This document shows, in pieces, positions 52,746-62,506 of a stretch of 64,000 nucleotides of DNA. Source of the DNA: an uncultured Planctomycetaceae bacterium (GTDB taxonomy: Bacteria; Planctomycetota; Planctomycetia; Planctomycetales; Planctomycetaceae); NCBI GenBank assembly GCA_963815195.1, contig CAWFGE010000013.1, positions 256,001 through 320,000 of the forward strand. Reading direction: 5' to 3'. Positions within the stretch are counted from its first letter, which is position 1, and each line of letters opens with the position of its first letter. A program made the position numbers and the translations under genes. The notes beneath the pieces were generated by a model. It was not told where the DNA came from. It saw only the letters and a program-made list of their open reading frames with translations, and did no database searches.

Positions 52746-53510
52746 TCATGCGGCGTGTCGGGCCGTCATCGGCAGGATGGCCGGTTGTTCTTCCGCCTGG
52801 CAGGCTTCCAGAAACGCTTCGAAGACTTGCATGTCCAAGGCCGAGGCCGTTTCGTTTTCGGGATGCCATTGCACGCCCAGGCAGAACCAGTCGGACGTGG
52901 ATTCGTACGCTTCAATCACGCCGTCGGGAGCGGTCGCGCACACGCGGAAGTGCGATGCAACCTGATCGACGGACATGTGGTGCTGGCTGTTGACGCGGAT
53001 TTCGCCGGGTCCATAGATTTTGTCCATGCGGGTTCCGGGCACGATATCGATAATGTGCCGGAGGCAGTTCTCGACCGAGTCCCGGTGGTGCAGGCTGCGG
53101 GGGATGTCTTCGGGAATGTGCTGGAACAACGTCCCGCCGCAGATGACGTTCATCGTTTGCATCCCCAAACCGATGGCAAGCGTGGGGATCCGCATTTCCA
53201 CGGCGAGTTTGCACAGTCGGCGGTCGAAGTCCTCCCGGCGGGTGGGCATGGAGCGGGTGTGCGGATGCCGCTCCATGCCGAGCCGAACGGGATCCAAATC
53301 GAAATTGCAGCCGGTCAAAACCAGGCCGTCGAGCAGTTCCAGGTATTGCCTTAAGTCGGCATCATCGGCCAGTGGGGGAATCAGCGAAGGCAGCCCCCCG
53401 GCCGCGGTGACCGAATCGTAATAGCCGGTGTTGACCCAGGTGAGCGGAATCGTGTCCTTCCGGGCCGCGCGAAACTCGCCATTGATACCGATGAGGGGTT
53501 TTCTGGACAT
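52746..53510 (-). CDS. Peptidase C26/PuuD-like class I glutamine amidotransferase lacking the nucleophile Cys
   Basis: KPLIGING, AAGGLP.LIPP, LDGLVLTG, AIGLGMQ (normally GICxGMQ), VNSQHH, GVQWHPE. Confidence 0.85.
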   Translation of the reverse strand: MSRKPLIGINGEFRAARKDTIPLTWVNTGYYDSVTAAGGLPSLIPPLADDADLRQYLELLDGLVLTGCNFDLDPVRLGMERHPHTRSMPTRREDFDRRLCKLAVEMRIPTLAIGLGMQTMNVICGGTLFQHIPEDIPRSLHHRDSVENCLRHIIDIVPGTRMDKIYGPGEIRVNSQHHMSVDQVASHFRVCATAPDGVIEAYESTSDWFCLGVQWHPENETASALDMQVFEAFLEACQAEEQPAILPMTARHAA

Positions 53511-53882
53511 TTTTCGGGTCCTTCCGTAATTGGGCGCGTCGATGCGCCGCCAGAAAAACAAAACAGGCGAACATGCCTGACGGGTCTTGTTGTGTTCCTC
53601 AAATGGATTCAGGGAATTGACGGAAGCTTCCACGCAGGAAATAATCGGCACGCGACCGCAAAGTAGCTGGACGGCTACGAAGAAAGCATCCCGTCTGTTT
53701 GTTCGTTTCCCTAAAACCAAATCGTTTGGTGGGAATGATGCTCAAGGCATCATCGTCAAGTCGCATGACAAATGCCGCCCAACAAGATTTGTTTGGGCCG
53801 CGTGCTTTCGATGGATGGATATTATTCTGGCTTGTTTGAGAAGTCTAGAATTTCATCGATTTTGGGATTTGGAGCCGCCGGA

Positions 53883-53898
53883 ACCCGACATCTTGTGG
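53883..53898. promoter_or_regulatory. NrdR-box-like palindrome
   Basis: ACCCGACATCTTGTGG matches the conserved positions of acaCwAtATaTwGtgt. Confidence 0.3.
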
Positions 53899-54109
53899 TT
53901 CGTTAGGACACTCAGAAATCCTCCCTTTTGAGCGCGAATCGTGTAACATCAAAGTAATAAACCACTTGCGGCATCGACCAGAATTCCACCGCCACCCCGC
54001 CAAGTGGACGCTCCAGGGGTGTCTTACCGATTTTTTCTGAAAGTTTTTTCGGAAGACTGACCACGCGGCGATGTAGCAAACAAATGACACGCCCCGCCGG
54101 ACATTCCCT

Positions 54110-54589
54110 ATGACGTGGACCTGCTCGACCCATTCCGAAACGCAAACCGAACAGCTCGGCTCGCTGCTCGCGGGCGAATTGGCGGCCGGGATGGTCGTCG
54201 GTTTGGTCGGACCATTGGGCGCGGGAAAGACCCGGCTGGTCAAAGCGCTGGCGGCGGCGCTCGGCGTGGACCGCGATGATGTGAGCAGCCCCACCTTCGT
54301 GTTGATTCAGGAATACCCGGCCCGCATTCCGCTTTTCCATTTCGACGCCTACCGCCTCCGCGACGTGGAGGAGTTTTTGGAATTGGGAGCCGAGGAATTG
54401 ATGGCCTCAGACGGCGTGTGCCTCATCGAATGGGCCGACCGCGTGACCGATGTCTTGCCGCCGGACACGCTGTGGATCGAGATCCGCCTCGTGTCTCCCA
54501 CGTCGCGCGAATGGGAGTTTCGCGCGGACGATCCGCAAACGGAACGCGTCATCGCCCGGCTCCGCGAAAAATGGGAACCCCCGGCCTGA
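54110..54589 (+). CDS. tsaE: tRNA t6A biosynthesis ATPase TsaE
   Basis: GPLGAGKT, SSPTFVLIQEY, HFDAYRL, LIEWAD. Confidence 0.95.
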   Translation: MTWTCSTHSETQTEQLGSLLAGELAAGMVVGLVGPLGAGKTRLVKALAAALGVDRDDVSSPTFVLIQEYPARIPLFHFDAYRLRDVEEFLELGAEELMASDGVCLIEWADRVTDVLPPDTLWIEIRLVSPTSREWEFRADDPQTERVIARLREKWEPPA

Positions 54590-54630
54590 CAGAGAGCCGG
54601 GTGCGTGTTTCAGAAAAGTAGGTAGGACTT

Positions 54631-54711
54631 GGGTGGCACGTCCCTGAGCTCCAGCGAAGGGCGTGGCCATCACCAAGACCACGCCCTTCGTGCCTCAGGC
54701 CGTGCCACCCG
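54631..54711. repeat. REP-like doublet (GGGTGGCAC...GAAGGGCGTGG / CCACGCCCTTCG...GTGCCACCC)
   Basis: ~80-bp imperfect palindrome after tsaE. A partial copy lies at ~60506. Confidence 0.6.
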
Positions 54712-54846
54712 CCCCGGACCTTCGGTCCTTTTCTGATGACAGTGAAAATGAAATAATGCAATCTGCCGACGGCGTGTTTCCAGAAGCGGGGGAGATCGGC
54801 GATCTAAACTTTTCAACGGGGCCACCAATCCTCAAGCGAGGGGCTT

Positions 54847-55914
54847 ATGCGACCAATCATTCTTGTTGGTTTGATCTCCGTTTTGCTGCTCGGTTTTGCC
54901 CGGCGCCATCCCGCGGCGGAGAACGAACAGGCTGACGAGGCAAGGCGTGCCAAGAGCGATCCGGCGAGGCTCGCTCGACTCCGCAAGGCCAAGATGCCCG
55001 ACATCAAAAAGCCCGTGATGTTTAATACGCCCGAAGCCGATGCCATTCTCTCGGCGCTCGAAGTCTTTCCGCCGGACAACGCGTTCAACCAGGTCGTCGA
55101 GGCATGGCCCCGGCATCCCAACTCCGAGAAGATCATCGACTCGATCGGTGCGGGCAAGCCGTTCCGCTATAACCCCGACATGGCCTTTGTGCTCGTGCCG
55201 CCCGGCCAGGCGCGCGTCAAGGTGAAACTTGTCGAATATCCAAACGAGTCGGATCCCGGCCCCTATCCCGTGCCCGATAACATTCCCATCGAAGGCTGGC
55301 CCGCCGCGTTCGAGCGGGGGCAGGCCAAAGCCCCCACATTGGCCGAAGTGCAGCGTCGCCCGGCGAAGTACGCAGGCGACCGCCACGCCATTGTGGTCGA
55401 TGCCCAAAACCGTATGCTCTACGAGTTTTTCACCTTTGGAAAAACGCCCGAGGGTTGGGCGGCCGGCCAGGCCTCGATTTTCGACTTGAAGACGAACAAG
55501 CTGCGGCCGGACGGGTGGACCTCGGCGGACGCGGCGGGCTTGCCGATCTTTCCCGCGGTCGTGCGTTACGACGAGATCGAGCGCGGGATCGTCGAGCATG
55601 CCATGCGCGTGACCGTCCGCCGCACGCGCCGGGCCTACGTACATCCCGCCACCCACGACGCGAGCCGGTTCACCGACGAGAACCTCCCCCGCATGGGGGA
55701 ACGCCTCCGCTTGCGGGCGGACTTTGACACCAGCAAATTTACTCCGCCGGTCCAGGCCATCTTGAAAGGCCTCAAGAAATTCGGCATGTTCGTCGCCGAC
55801 AACGGAATCGACTGGGCGATTTCCGTCGCGCCCGATCCGCGGATTCCCGTCCTGCACGAGGAACTTCGAAAAATCAAAGGCTCTGATTTCGAAGTCGTCG
55901 TCGCGCCGCAATAA
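54847..55914 (+). CDS. Conserved hypothetical secreted protein
   Basis: Signal peptide. ESDPGPYPVP, GDRHAIVVD, LYEFF, WTSADAAGLPIFP..VRYDE, HAMRVT, MGERLRL, GMFVADNG. Confidence 0.7.
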   Translation: MRPIILVGLISVLLLGFARRHPAAENEQADEARRAKSDPARLARLRKAKMPDIKKPVMFNTPEADAILSALEVFPPDNAFNQVVEAWPRHPNSEKIIDSIGAGKPFRYNPDMAFVLVPPGQARVKVKLVEYPNESDPGPYPVPDNIPIEGWPAAFERGQAKAPTLAEVQRRPAKYAGDRHAIVVDAQNRMLYEFFTFGKTPEGWAAGQASIFDLKTNKLRPDGWTSADAAGLPIFPAVVRYDEIERGIVEHAMRVTVRRTRRAYVHPATHDASRFTDENLPRMGERLRLRADFDTSKFTPPVQAILKGLKKFGMFVADNGIDWAISVAPDPRIPVLHEELRKIKGSDFEVVVAPQ

Positions 55915-56074
55915 GCGAAGCGCCAATTTGTCCCGCCGGGAATCCCGGAAAAGTTTTGGAAAAATGGGCTACGGTGGTGTAGGATCGGGGGTGAATCCGA
56001 ATCGGTGAATTGCATCGGCGACAAGCCGTTCCTTGCGTTTCCCCAATCCGTCCTCATTCAAAGGAGGTGCCCCC

Positions 56075-57608
56075 ATGGCCGGCCGGGAGTCCCATTGTCG
56101 CGAAACCGAGATTGGATACAGTCTTCCACACCTTTTAGGCCTGGTGAGCATTTTGGCGGGGATGGGGATCGTGGTCTTCATTTTCACCCGGCCGCAACCG
56201 GAACCGGCTCGCGGCGAAAAAGACCCTGCCTCAACGCTGGCCGTGCAAGATCGTACCGCGGCGAAAACTTTCGTTCCCATTCCGCCCGCGATTGCGGAAC
56301 GGGCACCGTTCCTTCCTCCAGGTCCAAGAGAAAACGATTTGACGGGAGCGGTCGCCGTCGCAGAAAAGCCTGCGGTCAAGTTGGCCCGGACCGAAACCCC
56401 GCCTGATCCTTCGCCTTATTTTTATCCCTCGATGGAATTGGAGTTGGAAGAGCACCTCGGCCGGAATGTGCCCACGGTGGGGCTGGATTCTGAAACAAGC
56501 CGGCGAGCTTGTCCGAACGCTGCGAGGCCCCCAGAAGGAAAACGAGAATCTCCAAGGGCCGGAAGAAGCGGTGCTTTCGCTGCTCGACGAGGCCACGCGG
56601 AAGGGGTTGCCGTTCCAGGAAAAAAGCCGCTGCCAGCTTGACGAGAGCTCGGCGAAATCCCTCGAAAAGTTCTCCGGAATGTTGCATGCGAAGAAACGCG
56701 ACGTGGACCGCTTCGTTCAGATGTCTGCTTCTTCTGCGAGCGCGAGCTCCGCCGAATTGGACCCGAAGTTCTCTACGCTTGCTTACGCCTTGGAGCACGG
56801 CAGCCAATGGAAGGCGAAGGAAGCGGTGCCGGCGCTTGTGCAGATCCTCGAAGCCGAGCCCGCCCCGGTCCGCGGGCAACTCGTCAAGATGCTGGCGGCC
56901 CATCCGGGGCCGGAGACTACCCGCGCCCTCGTGGACCGGGCCGTTTATGATGTGTCTCTGCAGGTTCGCTATTCCGCGAACGCCGTGCTCCTGAATCGTC
57001 CGCCGGCCGAGTCTCGCCAACGACTGCTCGAAGCCCTCCGCTATCCGTGGGATCCGGTGGCCTGGCACGCCGCCGAGACGCTCGTGCTCCTCAAAGATGA
57101 AAAAGCCGTCCCCGCGCTCATCAAACTTTTGGATGCCCCCGACCCGGCGCAGCCGTTCGCGGACGTGTCGGGCCAGATGGTGGTCCGGGAATTGGTGCGG
57201 GTCAATCACATGCGGAATTGTTTGCTCTGCCACGCCCCGTCTCGGAAAAACTCTGATCTGGTCTCGGCCCCCGTTCCCGTTCCGAACAGGCGGCCCTTCG
57301 CCGCGTATTACGGAAAGCGTCGATTTTCGGGGCTCGTGCTCGTGCGGGCGGACGTGACGTACCTCCGGCAGGATTTTTCGCACGTGCACCACGTGAAGGA
57401 TGCCAACCCCTGGCCCGAAGAGCAGCGGTTCGATTACTTCGTGCGAACGCGCCCGGCCACGCCGGAGGAGACGGCGGCCCTCAAAGACCAGCCTCCCGCA
57501 GAGAGAACCAACTACCCGCAACGGCAGGCCGTGCTCACTGCCTTGCGAAAGCTCACGGGCCGGGACCTGGGCACAAGCTCCACGAATTGGCGGCGGTTGA
57601 ATCTTTGA
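56075..57608 (+). CDS. Membrane-anchored HEAT-repeat protein with a CxxCH motif (frameshift near 56500)
   Basis: AGGAGG RBS and an N-terminal TM. HEAT repeats (AVPALVQIL, AVPALIKLL) and ELVRVNHMRNCLLCHAP in the next frame. Confidence 0.7.
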
Positions 57609-57723
57609 AACCCCGCGAGTCGGCCCGTCTTCGTTTGAGTCGCCGTCAATCAACGATTTTCTGTTGGAGATCGAAGCCCGATCCCTCGAACGTAGCGGTA
57701 CAAGATGCCTGACACGCTCGCCT

Positions 57724-59004
57724 TTAGGTTTGTTTTTCCGGGACGGGATTAAAGTCCAATGTGTCGGCGGGGACCATTTCTTGTTTGGTTTCGTCCCAGC
57801 CCATCATGCGGCCCGAACGCCAGGATTCGTTGGCCATGTTGACCGCGGCCACGCCCGCCATGCCGAGTTCCACCGGGCAGTTCAAGGGCTCGCCGTTTCG
57901 GAGGTGGTTGTGCAGGTTGGTGTGGTGCAGGTGGATGTCTTCGCCACCGGTCTTTTTGTGCTCGGCAAGGACCTGGTCGTCTTTGTCCTTGGCGACCCAG
58001 CCGGAGCCTGTGAAATACATCGTCCCGCGGTAGCCGCGGATCAGGTGATCGACGCCCACGCGGTTACTCATCGTGCCCAGGACATAGACCGTCATCCCCC
58101 GCGGGTATTCGCAGATCATCTCGAAGTTGTCCGGCAGATCCCGGCCGTCGGGCCATTGCCAGATCCCGCCCATGCCCGCGACTCGGCGGGGGAACTGCAG
58201 CTTGCAGGCTTTCATAATCCGCGTGATGCGGTGGATGAAGAGGTCCGTCGCGATCCCGCCGGAGTAGGCCGCGTAGCAGCGCCATTCAAAATAGTGGTTC
58301 GGGTTCCAGGGCACTTTGGGGGCATGGCCGAGCCAATCGTCCCAGTTCAGGTCCGCGGGTTTGGGCATGTCCTCTTTGAGCGGAGGCCGGCTCCGCCAGG
58401 GGCCTTGCGTGTCGTAGCGGCGGACGTATTCGATCTGAGCCTGGACGACCTGGCCCAGCACGCCGTCTTCGATGGCTTTCGCGGCGGAGCTGTAGCTGTC
58501 GTCGGACATGGCCTGCACGCCGACTTGCAAAGGCATGCCGGTTTCCTTCTGCTTTTTCATCACCTCGAGGCCTTGCGGGATCGTGTGCGTCATCGGCTTT
58601 TCGCAGTACACGGCTTTGCCGGCGTCCATCGCAGCCATTGTCATCGTGGAATGCCAATGCTCCGGCGTGGCGATGGTGACGTAGTCGATGTCCGCGATCT
58701 CCAGCAGCTTGCGGTAATCGGTGAAGGCCTGCTTGGCCCCGATGCGGGCGGCCCCTTCTTCCGCGCGTTTTTTCCAGCAGTCGGCGACGGCGATGGATTC
58801 GAGATTGTTCGTTTCCTTGAGGCGTTTGTGGGCGTTGAGATGATTGGTCCCCATGCCGCCGGCCCCGATAAAGCCCACGCGGATCCGCGAGTTCGCGCCC
58901 AGAACCCGGCCGTAACTCGCCGCGGTCATGCCCGCCGTCGCCAGGCCCGCGGCTCCCGCCGTGTACAGAAACGACCGCCGAGACACATTTGGTGAATCCA
59001 TCAT
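57724..59004 (-). CDS. Tat-exported Gfo/Idh/MocA oxidoreductase
   Basis: SRRSFL, VGFIGAGGMG, IATPEHWH, VYCEKPM, YSGGIATDLFIH. Confidence 0.92.
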   Translation of the reverse strand: MMDSPNVSRRSFLYTAGAAGLATAGMTAASYGRVLGANSRIRVGFIGAGGMGTNHLNAHKRLKETNNLESIAVADCWKKRAEEGAARIGAKQAFTDYRKLLEIADIDYVTIATPEHWHSTMTMAAMDAGKAVYCEKPMTHTIPQGLEVMKKQKETGMPLQVGVQAMSDDSYSSAAKAIEDGVLGQVVQAQIEYVRRYDTQGPWRSRPPLKEDMPKPADLNWDDWLGHAPKVPWNPNHYFEWRCYAAYSGGIATDLFIHRITRIMKACKLQFPRRVAGMGGIWQWPDGRDLPDNFEMICEYPRGMTVYVLGTMSNRVGVDHLIRGYRGTMYFTGSGWVAKDKDDQVLAEHKKTGGEDIHLHHTNLHNHLRNGEPLNCPVELGMAGVAAVNMANESWRSGRMMGWDETKQEMVPADTLDFNPVPEKQT

Positions 59005-59166
59005 CTTCAATCCCGTGTGTTAGAGTGCAAAATTGTGGGGCAAAAGGAAGAAAATCGCCCCAGCAGGATTTCATGGTAAACCGAGACTCCGCACGCCGCA
59101 ATTCCGAGGGAGATTTTGCGAGCCGAGGGTGCGTGCTTCACAAGAACCATCAGCGGCTGGGCGCTA

Positions 59167-59200
59167 AGCCGGAGGCTAGCGCCTACCGCTCAGATGTTCA
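59167..59200. repeat. REP family B copy
   Basis: AGCCGGAGGCTAGCGCCTACCGCTCAGATGTTCA. Confidence 0.6.
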
Positions 59201-59233
59201 AAAACCGCGGGCCGCGATTCTCAATCGAGAGTT

Positions 59234-60301
59234 TTACTTCAAGAGATCGCTGATGGAGCCGCCTTCTTCGTGGGTGCGGCGGATGGCTTGGGCGAACATC
59301 ATCGCGGTGGGGATGAGAAACAAGCGGTCGTGCCAGGTCTTGGCGTCCAGCCGGAACGGTTGGATGGTGTCGGCGACGACCAGCCGCTTCACGCCGTTCA
59401 AATGCTGGCCGGCCCGGCCGACGAAGAGGCCGTGCGTTGCGCACGCGGCCCAGACTTCGCCGCCGTGCTTTTCCACGGCCCGCATCGCCGCGGCGATCGT
59501 GCTGCCGCTGGAAATCAGGTCGTCGAGAATGATCACCCGCTTGCCTTTCACGTCGCCGACGATTTTGCTGGCGATGACTTCGTTCCCGCTGATGCGTTCC
59601 TTGTCGAGATAGACCACGTCGATCTGGTTGCCCATGTGCAGGCGTTTTTCCAAAGCGCTCCGAAAGCGTTTGGCCCGGCCCATGCCGCCGCTGTCCGGGG
59701 CGAGAATCGCGACGTTTTGGGGATCGTTGATCAGCGGATCGGGAATGTGCACATCGACATATTGCGGCTCGCCGTCCGCACCGTGCCCCGCATCGACGCC
59801 GCACAGAAAATCCGCGAGCAGGTTCTTGGCTTCCAGCGTGTCGGTGGGAATGCGGAAGGCGTTCTGAAAGGCCGAGAGGTTGTGCACGTCCATCGCCAGC
59901 ACGCGATCCACGCCCACGGCTTCGATGGCCTGGGCGAAATACTTGATGCTGATCGGGGCCCGGCTTTCGGTTTTTCGGTCCTGGCGGGCAAAGGGCAGAT
60001 AAGGCGTGACCAGCGTGATCCGCCGAGCCGAGGCGTCCCGCAGCGATCCGATGAAGAGCATCGCCTTGGTGAACTTCTCGCCGACGGACTGATCCTGCCC
60101 GGAATACAGCGAGGTGATGACGTACACATCGCAACCGCGGACGTTCTCGTCGCTGCGGACGTAAGGCTCCTTGTCGGCGAAATATTTCTCGATGTGCCGG
60201 GAGAGGGGCACATCCAAATACCGCGCCACCCGCTGCGCGTATTGCCGCGAACCGTCCAAACCGAATAGCCGGAAATTATTCAAACCTCGACTCCCCTCCA
60301 C
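59234..60301 (-). CDS. prs: Ribose-phosphate pyrophosphokinase
   Basis: FADKE, NVRGCDVYV, PYLPFARQDRK, MDVHN, APDSGG..RA, ILDDLISSGST, ATHGLF. Confidence 0.93.
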   Translation of the reverse strand: MEGSRGLNNFRLFGLDGSRQYAQRVARYLDVPLSRHIEKYFADKEPYVRSDENVRGCDVYVITSLYSGQDQSVGEKFTKAMLFIGSLRDASARRITLVTPYLPFARQDRKTESRAPISIKYFAQAIEAVGVDRVLAMDVHNLSAFQNAFRIPTDTLEAKNLLADFLCGVDAGHGADGEPQYVDVHIPDPLINDPQNVAILAPDSGGMGRAKRFRSALEKRLHMGNQIDVVYLDKERISGNEVIASKIVGDVKGKRVIILDDLISSGSTIAAAMRAVEKHGGEVWAACATHGLFVGRAGQHLNGVKRLVVADTIQPFRLDAKTWHDRLFLIPTAMMFAQAIRRTHEEGGSISDLLK

Positions 60302-60530
60302 CGGCGGGAGCCTCGAACGGATCGATGTCTGGGCCCCTCATGCGCGACGGCGATTGTTAAGAATTTCTGTTTCTTGCACATTACGCTCCGAACGATTTCC
60401 GGGTCAAGCGCAGCGGCGGAGTTTGTCGGCAAAAGACGGGTTTCACCCCTGTTGGCGGAACCGGGTTGACTTATTCTCACGCGATTTGGCTGACCGGTGC
60501 GGTTCGCCACGCCCTTCGAGGACCGAGGAA

Positions 60531-61295
60531 TTACACGTGGATTGCGGCCCCGCCGTCGACGGTGAGGGTCTCGCCTTGGACCAGATCCGACAGCGGGCTC
60601 GACAGAAACAGCACGACGTTCGCGACGTCATCCGCTTCCAGCACGCGGTCGCCCATCATGCTTTTTTCGGTGCGGCCGGCGAACATGCGGTCGGCGAAGG
60701 GGATTTTGCGGGTGGAATCGGTCTCGACGAGGCCGGCTTTGACGACGTTCACATTCACCCCGCGGTCGCCGACTTCCAGCGTCAAATGCCGGGCGATGCT
60801 TTCGAGCGCGGCTTTCGATCCGCCGATGAGTCCATACATGGGGAGTGCCATGTGCGAGCCGTGGCTGGAAATCGCCACGACCTTGGCCCGGCCTTCGCTC
60901 TTTTGTAAGAGCGGCAACGCGGCCCGGACGAGATACACGAGGCTCAACACGTTGGTGCTCATCGTGGTCTGGAAATGCCTCGCGTTTGCGGCAAGCAGCG
61001 GGCGAAATCCGCCGGTCGCGGCGTTGCTGACGACGATGTCCAATCGCCCGATGTTTTGAGCCACGAAGTCCATCATCGATTCCACATCATCTTCTTCGCC
61101 CACGTCGGCTTTGATGACATACGCCCGCCGGCCCATGCCGACGACTTCGCGGGCGACCTCCATCGCGGCTGCCTTGGAAGTGACGTAGTTGATGATGACA
61201 TCGGCCCCGGCCTGGGCGAATTTCAAAGCACATGCCCGCCCGATGCCCCGCGAAGCGCCGGTCACCAAAGCCACTTTGCCGTCCAAATGAATCAT
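60531..61295 (-). CDS. SDR, FabL/FabI-type enoyl-ACP reductase
   Basis: TGASRGIG, SNAATGGFRP and a Y-x6-K catalytic motif (YGLIGGSK), which is typical of enoyl reductases rather than the YxxxK of FabG. Confidence 0.8.
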   Translation of the reverse strand: MIHLDGKVALVTGASRGIGRACALKFAQAGADVIINYVTSKAAAMEVAREVVGMGRRAYVIKADVGEEDDVESMMDFVAQNIGRLDIVVSNAATGGFRPLLAANARHFQTTMSTNVLSLVYLVRAALPLLQKSEGRAKVVAISSHGSHMALPMYGLIGGSKAALESIARHLTLEVGDRGVNVNVVKAGLVETDSTRKIPFADRMFAGRTEKSMMGDRVLEADDVANVVLFLSSPLSDLVQGETLTVDGGAAIHV

Positions 61296-61314
61296 GGGTT
61301 TCTCGATGTTGCAG

Positions 61315-61352
61315 GATTAAGAGTAAGATTAAGATTAAGATTAAGATTAAGA
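61315..61352. repeat. (GATTAA)n hexamer microsatellite
   Basis: GATTAA GAGTAA (GATTAA)4 GA between the Rieske and SDR genes. Confidence 0.85.
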
Positions 61353-61355
61353 ATT

Positions 61356-62492
61356 TTAGCCGACCATCACCGGGTCTTCGACATTCGCGTTGGTTTTATC
61401 GCGGATGTATTCTTGGAAATGGAACAGCCGCTCTTCGCGGATGGAGATCAACCCGCGGGACGGATGCTGGCCTGATTCCATGCCTTTCTGGATGTCGGGC
61501 ATAATGCTCGTGTCTTCGGTATGCACCGTCGGCCAGAACTTGCGGCCCCAATGCCTGAGTCCCCGGTACAGCAGATAACTTCCCAACCGCCCCGGTTCGC
61601 CGGAATACACGAAGACCTTCGCAAGAATCCGCGAGCGGTGCGGGTTGATGGGGAACACCGCCTCGGCAAACGAGAACAGGGCCATTTTCCCGTACATCGT
61701 GTTGGGGTAGTAATGATAGTGCTTGTATTCGTTGTCGAACTCCCGCCGGGCCAGGCGATGCACCAACACGTTCAAGCGGTGGTCGATTTCCCGGTCGGCC
61801 CGCTGCGTGGTGGCATACGTCGTCCAGCCGTCTTCCAATTCATGAAAGCAAATCTCCGCCTCCGGCGACGAGCGGAACGTGTTGGGATGCACGTAGTCCA
61901 CGTGGTAGCTTTCCAGCGAATTCTCGATCTTGATTTTCCAGTTGCATTCGACTTCGTAATCCAGCGACAGGATCAGCCGCCGGTCCATCCCGAACAGGTT
62001 CTGGGCGATTTCGTAGCCCGGCCCCAACTGTTCGGACAACGGCGGCGGGTTGTCGCTGAGGTTCACGAAGATCAACCGGCCCGCGGTCTCGGTGTGGTAT
62101 TTGATTAAACCGAGTTCGCCTTGCTTCATGGGTTTGAAGCTGCGGGCGTCGGGGATTTTTCTGGTGTTTCCCGTCTCGTCGAACTCCCAGCCGTGGTATT
62201 GGCAGCACAGCCGTTCTTTCGCCTGGCCGCATTTCGCGTGGGTCAGCATGGAGAATCGGTGCGGACACACATTGAGCAGCGTGTGCAGCTCGCCGTCTTT
62301 GTTCCAGACGATTATGGGCCTGCCGAACAGTTCAAACGTCAGGAAGTCGCCGTCGTTCGGGATGTCCGTCAGCGTGCCCACGAACTGCCAACTGTCGCGG
62401 AACAGCCCGGCCATTTCCTGTTCGAGGTGCGCGTCCGAGGTGTAATGCTCGGGGCATAGCACCTGCGGCAGATGAGTTTCATGGATAAACAT
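61356..62492 (-). CDS. Rieske non-heme iron oxygenase alpha subunit (choline monooxygenase/ring-hydroxylating-like)
   Basis: CPH...CQYHGW Rieske motif, ENSLESYHVDYVH mononuclear Fe site, TED. Confidence 0.9.
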   Translation of the reverse strand: MFIHETHLPQVLCPEHYTSDAHLEQEMAGLFRDSWQFVGTLTDIPNDGDFLTFELFGRPIIVWNKDGELHTLLNVCPHRFSMLTHAKCGQAKERLCCQYHGWEFDETGNTRKIPDARSFKPMKQGELGLIKYHTETAGRLIFVNLSDNPPPLSEQLGPGYEIAQNLFGMDRRLILSLDYEVECNWKIKIENSLESYHVDYVHPNTFRSSPEAEICFHELEDGWTTYATTQRADREIDHRLNVLVHRLARREFDNEYKHYHYYPNTMYGKMALFSFAEAVFPINPHRSRILAKVFVYSGEPGRLGSYLLYRGLRHWGRKFWPTVHTEDTSIMPDIQKGMESGQHPSRGLISIREERLFHFQEYIRDKTNANVEDPVMVG

Positions 62493-62506
62493 GGCTGCTT
62501 CCTCTT

